Source: an uncultured bacterium (GTDB lineage Bacteria > CSSED10-310 > CAZUFC01). Taken from it: DNA of 23,981 bases. Made by a program: the position numbers and the translations under genes. Shown here one piece after another: positions 9,630 to 18,152 of the stretch (position 1 is the first letter of the stretch; each line of letters begins with the position of its first letter). The DNA lies in assembly GCA_964619725.1 (NCBI GenBank), contig CAZUFC010000101.1, positions 6,847 to 30,827 on the forward strand, read 5' to 3'. The notes beneath the pieces were generated by a model that did not search any database, was not told the origin of the DNA, and worked only from the letters and a program-made list of their open reading frames with translations.

Positions 9630-10937
9630 ATGCCTGTCGTTATAGACAAACGTCTCGATTCAAATGAAGCGACCCGCCTGTTATATGAATTTAAAAATGA
9701 CGTCAAAAAAGGACTCGCAGCCGAACAAAAATGTATTCCCTCCAGATACCTGTACGACGATGAAGGCTCCAAACTCTTCCAGAAAATAATGGACCTGCCG
9801 GAATATTACCTCTTCAACGCTGAAAAGGAAATCATCGAAACATATTCCTCATTTCTGGCAGCAATGATGGGCACAGAAGCATTCAACCTCGCGGAACTGG
9901 GAGCAGGCGACGGAAGAAAAACGAAAATTCTCCTCGAATCTTTCGCTCAACATAACCTCGATTTCACTTTCACCGTCATCGACATATCCCGTAAAGCGCT
10001 GCAGGAATTCATGCTGAAAACAAATCAATGGAATAAAAATTGCCCCTTCAAATGCGTTAATGCCGATTACGCACACGGTCTGCAGCAGATACACAAACAA
10101 AGCGGCAGAAAAACAATGATACTTTTTCTCGGTTCAAGCATTGGAAATTTCTCCGCCCAGGAAGAAATATGTTTCCTCCGGGAATTAAGGACCAACATGG
10201 ATGAAAAGGACTACTTACTGATAGGTTTCGACGTCGCTTCCGATCCCCGGAAGATTATGGCCGCCTACGATGATGAAGCCGGCGTCACGGGAGAATTCAA
10301 CCTTAACCTGCTGAAGAGGATAAACCGTGAATTGAAGGCCAATTTTGATTTGAAAAGTTTCAGACATGCGCCCGTATATATTCCTGAAGGGCATTTCATG
10401 GAAAGTTACCTGGAAAGCATGACGGAACAGGAAGTTCACATAGATGAAATAGATATGACGGTTCATTTTTCTGCCGGCGAAAGCATCAAAACGGAAATAT
10501 CACGGAAATACACGCAACGAACCATCGGCAACCTCGCAGCCGGAACCGGTTTTAAAACAGAAGCCGATTTTTATGACCGTAAACGCAACTTTGTATTGAG
10601 TTTATGGCGGCCGGACGGTTGCCGTCAGGAAAATTTAAGGGAGGTGAAAAAAATGCAAGCTGTATGGCAAGATATAGTGTTGGCCGGGAGCGATGAAACT
10701 GAAGTAGTGGAGGGAAATCACTATTTTCCCCCGGAATCTGTTGACATGATAAACTTGCGGAAATCCGGAAATACTTACACATGTCCCTGGAAGGGCAAAG
10801 CGCATTATTACGATATAGTTGTGGACGGCGAAGTCAAAAAGGACGGCGCCTGGATCATTCCCGAACCCAAGGAGGCAGCAAAGAATATACAAGGATTTGT
10901 AGCTTTCTCGAAGGGCGTTGAGGTAACGAGCAACTGA
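9630..10937 (+). CDS. egtD: L-histidine N-alpha-trimethyltransferase (EgtD/EanA family) fused in frame to a C-terminal DUF427 domain
   Basis: KCIPSRYLYDDEGSKLFQKIMDLPEYY, ELGAGDGRKT, GSSIGNF, AAYDDEAGVT, FNLNLL, TEISRKY; then MQAVW...VVEGNHYFPPES...CPWKGKAHYY...AW from residue 342. Confidence 0.9.
   Translation: MPVVIDKRLDSNEATRLLYEFKNDVKKGLAAEQKCIPSRYLYDDEGSKLFQKIMDLPEYYLFNAEKEIIETYSSFLAAMMGTEAFNLAELGAGDGRKTKILLESFAQHNLDFTFTVIDISRKALQEFMLKTNQWNKNCPFKCVNADYAHGLQQIHKQSGRKTMILFLGSSIGNFSAQEEICFLRELRTNMDEKDYLLIGFDVASDPRKIMAAYDDEAGVTGEFNLNLLKRINRELKANFDLKSFRHAPVYIPEGHFMESYLESMTEQEVHIDEIDMTVHFSAGESIKTEISRKYTQRTIGNLAAGTGFKTEADFYDRKRNFVLSLWRPDGCRQENLREVKKMQAVWQDIVLAGSDETEVVEGNHYFPPESVDMINLRKSGNTYTCPWKGKAHYYDIVVDGEVKKDGAWIIPEPKEAAKNIQGFVAFSKGVEVTSN
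10638..10655 (+). promoter_or_regulatory. Internal ribosome-binding site and ATG for the DUF427 domain
   Basis: agggaggtg-aaaaaa-ATG(10653), in frame with the egtD ORF and at the natural DUF427 N-terminus. Confidence 0.75.
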
Positions 10938-10948
10938 AATCATCCGTA

Positions 10949-11291
10949 ATGCTCCGGCTAAACATTCTGTCATTATCCGAAAATACTGACCTTTGCACTT
11001 CTTATATTCTTGAGACTCACGACATAAAAAAGCATTTCGATGCCTGCGCGACAAGCGCCGAAGTCGACGAAGGCAAACCCGATCCCGGATTGATAACACG
11101 AGCCATGAACAAAATAAAAGCAAGCGCTGAGGAGACGATCGTCATAGGAGATACAGAGGAGGATATCAAGGCGGGAAGAACCGCTGGATGCATTACTGTA
11201 GGAATTGGGATTGATGGGGACTACAGAGCTGAAGCGTTGTGCGATATTCCCCAAATAGTCGAAATCATTGAAAAAAAGAGTATCAATTATC
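10949..11291 (+). pseudogene. HAD-superfamily hydrolase, C-terminal fragment
   Basis: Has motif III KPDP and motif IV IGDTEEDIKAGRTAG but no N-terminal DxDxT motif I; the frame has no stop of its own and reads on into the repeat element to 11455. Confidence 0.75.
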
Positions 11292-11490
11292 GGCATTGGC
11301 CAAAAAGGGGTCTTTTGAGGTTACGATTCTGCGGAATATCCATCATTTTGTTTCGATTTCGATTTCGATTTGGATTGCGATTGCAAACCCGATACCGACC
11401 CCGATTACTGAAACGAACTGTCGAAAGTTTTGCAGGAAATATAACCCCGGTTTGATCAGCCCCGAAAAAGTGTAATCCCCTGTTTAATCA
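11292..11490 (-). repeat. Most complete (about 170 bp) unit of the intergenic repeat family, plus a second core copy at 11471-11490
   Basis: Minus strand: ctgatcaaaccggggttat...cagtaatcggggtcggtatcggg...aatcgaaatcgaaatcgaaacaaaatgatggatattc...gtaacctcaa...tttttggccaatgcc. Confidence 0.9.
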
Positions 11491-11531
11491 TGCCATTATG
11501 AACTTTCAGATTCTCAACCAAAGGAAACATC

Positions 11532-12851
11532 ATGTTAAAAGCAATCATCCAAATTATCCTGTTCGCCTGTCTGGTCATTTTACCGGTATTACTGGCGACG
11601 TTTTTCAACCCGGAATCGGAAAATTTGCTCCATGAACTGGGGAGAAACTGCGCCTTAATGGGGTTCGTCCTCCTAATGCTGCAGGTCGTCCTGGCGGCCA
11701 GAATCAAGTGGATTGAACGACCCTTCGGATTTGACATATTAATCCGTTACCACAAGCATATGGGAATATTTGCGGGATTCCTGCTTTTAGTTCACCCTTT
11801 GCTGCTGGCTGCAGGAAGCGGAAGTCTGCATCTCCTGACGGGACTGGACCTGCCCTGGTATATATGGGCAGGCCGGGCCGCTCTTTTGATCGTGCTTATT
11901 AATATAGGACTCAGCTATTACCAGGAGACTCTCAAGCTGAAATTTGAAAAGTGGCGCTTCACTCATGACGTTCTGGGCCCTCTGATTCTTGCAACGGTTT
12001 TCGTTCATAGCTGGATCACGGGGGATGACCTGGTTATGTCAAGCATGCGTATTCTATGGATACTGGCATTGGCTGCAGCAACGCTTATCTTCGCCGGTCA
12101 CAGATTTCTCCGGCCTTATATTCTGAAGCGCAACTCATACCGGGTAACAGAAGTCAAACCTGAAGCGGATGACGTCTGGACCGTAAAGTTGACTCCTCCC
12201 GAAGGAAAAGCGATCTATGAATATTTGCCCGGACAATTTCAATTCATAACTTTTTTCCGTAATAGAAACCTGCCGGTCGAGGAACATCACTGGACCATTT
12301 CCTCCAGCCCCGCGGAAACGGGCTATGTTAGCTCAACAATAAAAGCCCTCGGAGATTTCACTTCTACAATCGGCCAGACGCAGATCGGCGACAGGGCAGC
12401 GGTTCATGCACCCTTCGGGAGATTCTCATATGCGCTGCACCAGGACGAAAAGGAATTGGTTTTTCTGGCCGGCGGCATAGGCATAACGCCGTTGATGAGC
12501 ATGCTGCGGCATATGCGCGACGTGGAAGACGGCCGGACGGTCATACTTGTCTACGCCAACAAAAAGGAGAATCAGATCGTATTCAGGCAGGAATTGTCCG
12601 ACATAGAAAACGGGAAGCATCCGCAACTCAAAATCATCCACGTGCTCAGCGATCCTGATGATGATTGGGAAGGGGAAACCGGCCTGATCGACCGGGAGAA
12701 AATCGAAAGACTGACGGGAGAACTACCGGGTAAAAAAGTGTTCTATGTCTGTGGACCGCCCCCGATGCTCAACGCTGTAATTTCAACTTTAAAAGATTTA
12801 CGCGTCCCTGACGCCGGAATCAGGGCCGAAATCTTTTCTTTTCTGGATTAA
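11532..12851 (+). CDS. Ferric-reductase-like transmembrane domain plus FAD/NAD(P)H-binding (FNR-type) oxidoreductase
   Basis: About six hydrophobic segments with heme-ligand His pairs (YHKH...VHP, THD...VHSW); PGQF, EHHWTISS, GGIGITP, YVCGPPPM, terminal EIF. Confidence 0.9.
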   Translation: MLKAIIQIILFACLVILPVLLATFFNPESENLLHELGRNCALMGFVLLMLQVVLAARIKWIERPFGFDILIRYHKHMGIFAGFLLLVHPLLLAAGSGSLHLLTGLDLPWYIWAGRAALLIVLINIGLSYYQETLKLKFEKWRFTHDVLGPLILATVFVHSWITGDDLVMSSMRILWILALAAATLIFAGHRFLRPYILKRNSYRVTEVKPEADDVWTVKLTPPEGKAIYEYLPGQFQFITFFRNRNLPVEEHHWTISSSPAETGYVSSTIKALGDFTSTIGQTQIGDRAAVHAPFGRFSYALHQDEKELVFLAGGIGITPLMSMLRHMRDVEDGRTVILVYANKKENQIVFRQELSDIENGKHPQLKIIHVLSDPDDDWEGETGLIDREKIERLTGELPGKKVFYVCGPPPMLNAVISTLKDLRVPDAGIRAEIFSFLD

Positions 12852-12865
12852 CAGGAGGAATTATC

Positions 12866-13234
12866 ATGAGAAAAACCAGGCTGAAATGGACTTCGACGAC
12901 CATGATTATCGTATTGACCGCTCTCGCAGCAATTTTCGCCTTGTTGCGATCACAAACGGCCCCGCAGGCAGAGTCCGAGACGGTTACCGGTTCTGAACTG
13001 TTCGAAAACAAAGGCTGCTCCCAGTGTCACTATACCGACAGTGAACAATCGCTTGTAGGACCCGGACTGAAAGGGATACTTGAACAGGACGAGCTGCCGG
13101 TAAGCGGATGGAAAGCAACAGAAAAAAATATTGCCGAACAACTGAAAAACCCCTATAAAAATATGCCTTCTTACGCCGATCGTCTGACTGAAAATCAGAT
13201 CGATAAACTGATCGATTATCTTAAAAATTTATGA
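12866..13234 (+). CDS. Monoheme class I cytochrome c, exported or membrane-anchored
   Basis: N-terminal hydrophobic leader; G-x-ELF...CSQCH; GPGLKG; distal Met MPSY; ending LIDYLKNL; AGGAGG RBS. Confidence 0.9.
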   Translation: MRKTRLKWTSTTMIIVLTALAAIFALLRSQTAPQAESETVTGSELFENKGCSQCHYTDSEQSLVGPGLKGILEQDELPVSGWKATEKNIAEQLKNPYKNMPSYADRLTENQIDKLIDYLKNL

Positions 13235-13298
13235 TGGATAAGTGGAATTCTACTTTTCATTGCCGGACCTGTCCGCGTATTCCTACAGGACAAAACGG

Positions 13299-13409
13299 TG
13301 ATCAGTCCCTCCATCTTGTGAAGCAGGACTGTTATGCAAAAAGCAGCTCTTTCGGTATTGGGGTCGCTATCGCAATCGAACATTCATTACGAAAAATGAT
13401 CCCGACTGA
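13299..13409. repeat. Degenerate intergenic repeat family member
   Basis: tgatcagtccc at 13299 is also at 21930; tcgctatcgcaatcgaacatt...gatcccgactga parallels tcgctatcgcaatcggacatt...gatcgggactga at about 8054-8099. Confidence 0.7.
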
Positions 13410-13690
13410 ATGCTTGCGCCAGGGGTATATTAAAGTGAGACAGGAAGAAGAGGAAAACACGCTTATCTCGATGCGAATCGCTTCTTTTCTTATCTTTGAT
13501 AATCAGCGCTATCCGCAATTGCGGAATCTTTGCAATGGTATCCAAAAATCCGGGTATTTTGATCGTAGCATCTTTATTAAATTTCCCGACCTTTTTCGAA
13601 TTCCGATCAGCATAAATTGCAAAATTGAAATGTGCTTTTATGTTCTTCTCGATTTTAATCTGATAAATTTTTTTCAAAACGGAGAAAGGA

Positions 13691-14314
13691 ATGAAAAAAA
13701 CAAAAGACAGCCATATTAAATTGAACGGACAGAGAGTAATAGTAACGGGAGCGTCATCGGGCATCGGGAGCGGCATTGCGACGGGTTTCGGAAAAGCGGG
13801 CGCAGACGTGGTCATAAACTATTTAAACAAACGAGACAGCGCCGAAAAACTGGCAAAGAAAATAAGGGAATATGGCGTAAGGGCTTTTGCTCATCAGGCT
13901 GACGTCAGTCAAGAAGACGAAGTGAAGGCGATGTTTGAAAGGACGGTAGATGAATGGGGCAGCGTTGACGTACTTGTTAATAATGCAGGAATTCAAAAAG
14001 ATGCATCCTTTGTGGATATGACTCTGGAGGAATGGGACCTGGTTCTGTCCGTCAACCTGACCGGCAGTTTCCTTTGTGCCAGGGAAGCTGCCCGGGAATT
14101 CAAACGCCGCGGACCGACGGATTTGTCTGAAGCGCTCGGAAAAATTATTTTTATAAGTTCCGTTCACGAAAACATACCCTGGGCAGGTCATGCGAATTAC
14201 GCCGCGACCAAGGGCGGGATCATGCTCTTGATGCTAGCAGTCTTCTCATCCCTCTTCTGGGCTTCCTGCCTTTTGACGACCCCCGAATCAAATCCACCGT
14301 TGATGCCATTATGA
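13691..14314 (+). pseudogene. SDR glucose 1-dehydrogenase-like, 3'-truncated at about 14233
   Basis: TGASSGIG, NNAGIQ, ISSVHE, YAATKGG are present; homology stops after GGIMLLM, with no IRVNxIxPG segment; the last 26 aa are GH15 sequence read out of frame. Confidence 0.85.
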
Positions 14315-15513
14315 GTGAATTAGGACATGACGGCTTTCTGTATAGGTACCGGGGTGACGACGGGCTTTCAGGAAACGAAGGCGCCTTCCTGCTCTGCTCA
14401 TTCTGGGCGATACAATGCCTTGTGAAAATGGATCGTGTTTCTCAGGCTGAGGGACTATTGCGCCGGTTGGAAAACGAGTCCAATCATCTGGGTCTGTTCT
14501 CTGAGGAATACGACGTTAAATGGAAACAGGCGCTCGGCAACTTCCCGCAGGCATTCACACACATAGGCTACGTCAACGCAGTCATGGCCCTGATTGAATC
14601 TGAACAGGCACGGCACAGCAAACACAAGAATGAAACACTTTCAACCGTCGATTCCATTAAGCAAAAAATCACAAAAAAAGCCCTCTCCTCAGAAATTATA
14701 CTTAATGAAGGAGAATCCGATTATGTCATTCCTCCTGAAGAATTGACCCACACTCTTAAATCAATCATGAATCTGCTGAGAGGCGCCTTTTTCGACACAA
14801 AGAAAGGTCGAGTCGCCTATGAAAGGATGAAAAGTTCAGACCTTTACCAGGAATACGTCATGGCGACAAGAAGTTTACGAGAATTCGATCCTGAAATTTT
14901 AAAATCCAGAGAAGAAAAAATTGCCTTCTGGGTCAATCTGTATAACGTCATCGTCATTCACGGGGTCGTTGAACTGGATATCAGGGATTCGGTTAAAGAA
15001 GTCCGGCGGTTCTTCCGTCGAATCAGCTATATAATCGGCGAGCATCAATATACTCCGGATGATATCGAGCACGGCATATTAAGGAGCAACAGAAAACCGC
15101 CCGACTCCCTTTTCCGCGTCTTTGGAAAAAATGATGCCAGACTAAAATTCTCCCTGGATAAAGAAGACCCCCGCATACACTTCGCCCTCGTCTGCGCCTC
15201 ATCATCGTGCCCGCCCATCGACCTCTACACAGCGGAAAACCTCGACCAGGAACTGGACCTGGCCGGCAAAACATTCCTCAACAGCGCAGGACTCGTCCTG
15301 GACAAAGAGAAAAAAACAGTCCGGCTATCCAGAATATTCAAATGGTACGGCGAGGATTTCGGCAAAAATGAAGCAGACATTCTGACGAAACTGTCCGACA
15401 TGATTTACGATCAAGATGCCGGTAATTACATAAAACAAAACGCTGCAGAATTGACGGTCGAATTCCAGAAATACGACTGGCGTCTCAACAGGGGCGATCC
15501 CGAATCCGCATAA
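14227..15513 (+). pseudogene. 5'-truncated GH15 (glucoamylase/trehalase-like) C-terminus fused to a DUF547 domain; residual ORF 14311-15513
   Basis: The frame from 14227 reads LDASSLLIPLLGFLPFDDPRIKSTVDAI-M..., then EGAFLLCSFW, LGLFSEEYD, LGNFPQAFTH (GH15), then AFWVNLYN, IEHGILR, DPRIHFALVCASSSCP, SRIFKWYGEDF, YDWRLN (DUF547). Confidence 0.85.
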
Positions 15514-15629
15514 ACTCAATAATTACAGCAACCGGATTCGGCTTTATATTCTATCGAAAATTCATATTGATGCAAAGCCTGCATGAGGGTCAGAGCCCGC
15601 CGTAATCTCTTGTAATCGGCCGTTTTTGA

Positions 15630-16163
15630 CTCCTTTTCCTTCTTTTGTTACTTTTTTTTCCTTCCCGTCGACAACCGAAGGATTCTCCTTTTCCAAGCCA
15701 GTCGCCGGCTCAGACAGACACGCCCACAGCGACGCCAAGGCCTTCGAACACACCCACAAGCCTACCCCCTGCAACATCAACTCCAACCTATACATCTACG
15801 GCGACGCACACGCCGGCAATAACCCTGACGCCGACTGCCACGCTCATCCCTACAAACACTCCGGCCTGTGTTCACGACGGAGACGTGAATGATGACGGAG
15901 TCCTTACGCCCCAAGATGCGCAACTCGCGATTTGGATCATATTAGGAATTTATGTTCCAGCGTTCCATGAAAATTGCGCTGCAGATTGCAACGGCTGCGG
16001 CGAAGTGACGGCAGACGATGCACAATGCGTTTTCGCTGCCTACCTGGATACGGGATGCTCCTGTGTTGACGCGGTTAACTCACCGACGACTGCACATGAT
16101 CCGGCCCGGACGCCGAAGCGCGCCCCCGCAACGGCTACACAGGACCAAAGCCCTTCGGATTAA
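15630..16163 (+). pseudogene. Pro/Thr-linker plus Cys-flanked dockerin-like (double EF-hand) protein, apparently lacking an intact N-terminus
   Basis: TPT-rich linker; GDVNDDGVLTPQDAQ and ADCNGCGEVTADDAQ repeats; hydrophobic LLFLLLLLFF directly after an in-frame TGA at 15627; no clear RBS or start. Confidence 0.6.
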
Positions 16164-16611
16164 CCTGATTTTTCTTTTCTTTTTTTCAGTTCCTGGAGTA
16201 TCCTCAGGTCTTCTTTGTCTTTGGTTCTGCCGGCGGCTTTTTTCATTTTTATGAGATCATCCAGGCCGGCAAACCACGTTTCTACGCCGCAGAATTTATC
16301 TTTAATCCTGTTTTTCCATACTTCATTAAAAGTACATCCTGCAACGAAGGGATACATATCGGTTTCCAAAGCGTACTGTCTGATCAGGATTTTTTTTGTA
16401 AGAAGGTCCTGACGGAAACGTCGGTCATATCGTATCCGAATTCAGTCAGGACTTTAATCGCCTTTTTTGCGTTGGCTTCTGTAGGTTCGATGAAAATATC
16501 CACGTCAAGCGTGGCACGAGCATATCCATGAACAGGAAATGCCGTCGCCCCAATCACAATATATTTCACATCATGATCGTTTAATAATTTCAAAAGGCTT
16601 TCTGTATCCAC
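16160..16611 (-). pseudogene. Nucleotidyltransferase (MNT/DUF6036-like), split by one frameshift at about 16390-16411
   Basis: N-part YIVIGATAFPVHGYARATLDVDIFI; C-part LDDLIKMKKAAGRTKDKEDL; a -1 shift gives a continuous DLLTKKILIRQYALETDMYPF. Confidence 0.85.
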
Positions 16612-16762
16612 GTCTTATAAGCTCCGATGCCATTTCAATCGACTTTTTCAGCATCATTTCAAATCTCTGCTCAGTAGTAAGAGATGCCTGATAATCCAAT
16701 TCAATCTGCAATTCACGCATTTCATCCTGTTCGTCCTCAGGAATTCTAATAACAGGCGACAC
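16571..16762 (-). CDS. Small acidic protein upstream of and overlapping the nucleotidyltransferase (putative antitoxin-like partner)
   Basis: AAGGAGGTG RBS then GTG at 16762; LTTEQRFEMM segment; 41-bp overlap with the NTase start. Confidence 0.7.
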   Translation of the reverse strand: MSPVIRIPEDEQDEMRELQIELDYQASLTTEQRFEMMLKKSIEMASELIRRGYRKPFEIIKRS

Positions 16763-16820
16763 AGCGAGCAACACCTCCTTCATTAAAGTAAGCGTTTTTA
16801 TTTATTTTTTCAATAATCAG

Positions 16821-16906
16821 CCTGTTTTTTCATCAAGGGCCGTTTGTTTCGGCGTCGGTATCGGGATCGTAATCGAAATCAAAATGACGGGAAATTACGA
16901 AATATG
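16821..16906. repeat. Intergenic repeat family member
   Basis: cctgttttttcatcaagggccgtttgtttcgg (16821-16852) equals 21605-21637 except for one T; followed by gtcggtatcgggatcgtaatcgaaatc. Confidence 0.88.
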
Positions 16907-17018
16907 CCGGTTTTGACGACCATTTCCGACAGATGGGATTAATAAGCGTAATTAATCGAAAAAATGCAAACGGCGGTTAGCAACCAGAGTTGCCATGAAT
17001 ACCCATATCAATCCAGCA

Positions 17019-17819
17019 TCAGGAATCGTAACCGAAAGTAACGGAATCGACGTTTCCAAGCAGATTGACTGACCCCGCTTCAAGCAGTCCGGCCCAGAAT
17101 TTCAGATTCGAGGCGCTTCCTGCGCCTGCAGGCCATTGGAAAGCCAGAATTACGTCATTAAAGTCCATATCCAGCATCAAAGTCTGAAAATCCAGAGCCT
17201 GGGTCCATCCGGGATAAAACCAGTATTCACCGTAAACGTCAAGGATAACATACAATTCTACAGAGATGGATACTCCGCTGTACTCGATTGATATGATCAG
17301 CTCAAATGGATCGTTCGCTCCGAAATCCGTTTGATTCAGCATCAGGTCCAGAACCGGTTCGTCCGCCCGAGGAGTCTCCGTAGGCGCCGGCGTGGTAGCA
17401 GGATCGGTAGGAACCGGAGTCGGCGTATCAGTCGCCGCAAATGTGGGCGTCGCTGTCGGCGCAGGCGTCACGGTCGCTTCCGGCGGATGACTCTCCGGAT
17501 CACCGGGATTCGTCACATCAGCCGGATTCCCCGGATCAGGCTGACCCTCCTGCCACGTTCCTTCCGCATCTAGCAACTCTTCCCCGTTCGTCCAGTCATC
17601 CTGGTCTGAATCCTGGTTCGCCAGCGCCGTCGTCCAGGTATTCCCCGCCGCTAAAAAATCATTAAAAAAATTGTTGCCCATTCCATGACATGTGTCGCAT
17701 GAAAATACTTCGCCGTTGGGTATCCTTGAATTGAACTCAGAATATCCCCACACGCCGGTTGGCGCAAATAGCGCCATAATCATTAGTGTCATCAATTTTC
17801 GTAGTTTTTTGCCTGACAT
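17019..17819 (-). CDS. Secreted protein: signal peptide, temptin-like domain with CxxCH, Pro/Thr linker, conserved C-terminal domain
   Basis: Signal peptide MSGKKLRKL...GVWG; SRIPNG...CDTCH...FLAAGNTWTTALANQDSDQDDWTNGEEL...W..G...NPGDPESHP; TPT linker; GAGGAG RBS. Confidence 0.85.
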   Translation of the reverse strand: MSGKKLRKLMTLMIMALFAPTGVWGYSEFNSRIPNGEVFSCDTCHGMGNNFFNDFLAAGNTWTTALANQDSDQDDWTNGEELLDAEGTWQEGQPDPGNPADVTNPGDPESHPPEATVTPAPTATPTFAATDTPTPVPTDPATTPAPTETPRADEPVLDLMLNQTDFGANDPFELIISIEYSGVSISVELYVILDVYGEYWFYPGWTQALDFQTLMLDMDFNDVILAFQWPAGAGSASNLKFWAGLLEAGSVNLLGNVDSVTFGYDS

Positions 17820-18152
17820 CGTTTCTCCTCTGTGTTTTCAGGTTTTCATCCATTTGAAAACCTGATTATAAGTTTTCCTGATTGATAAACAATTGCGGTT
17901 ACTCCTTTTCCGCTGAAATAAATTAAAATTCGCCGCAATAGCACACAACCTTTTCTTTTGATTCATAATCTCTTTCGTAAGATTCATATTGTTTCGACTT
18001 GAGAACCTCAAGTCGTCGCCAATCTCTGAAAGGACGAAGAAAACATAAACCACTAATTGTTAAGCAAAAAGTATGCCGTCATCAGAATGCGGCTTTTTTC
18101 GCATAACTTCTATTGGAATGGGGATCAGGACCCTTCGGAAACCTGGGATAGC

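Noticed and set aside
13231-13815. ORFs 13231-13719(+) and 13387-13815(-)
   Set aside because: They span a repeat element and AT-rich intergenic DNA or SDR antisense sequence, with no recognisable motifs
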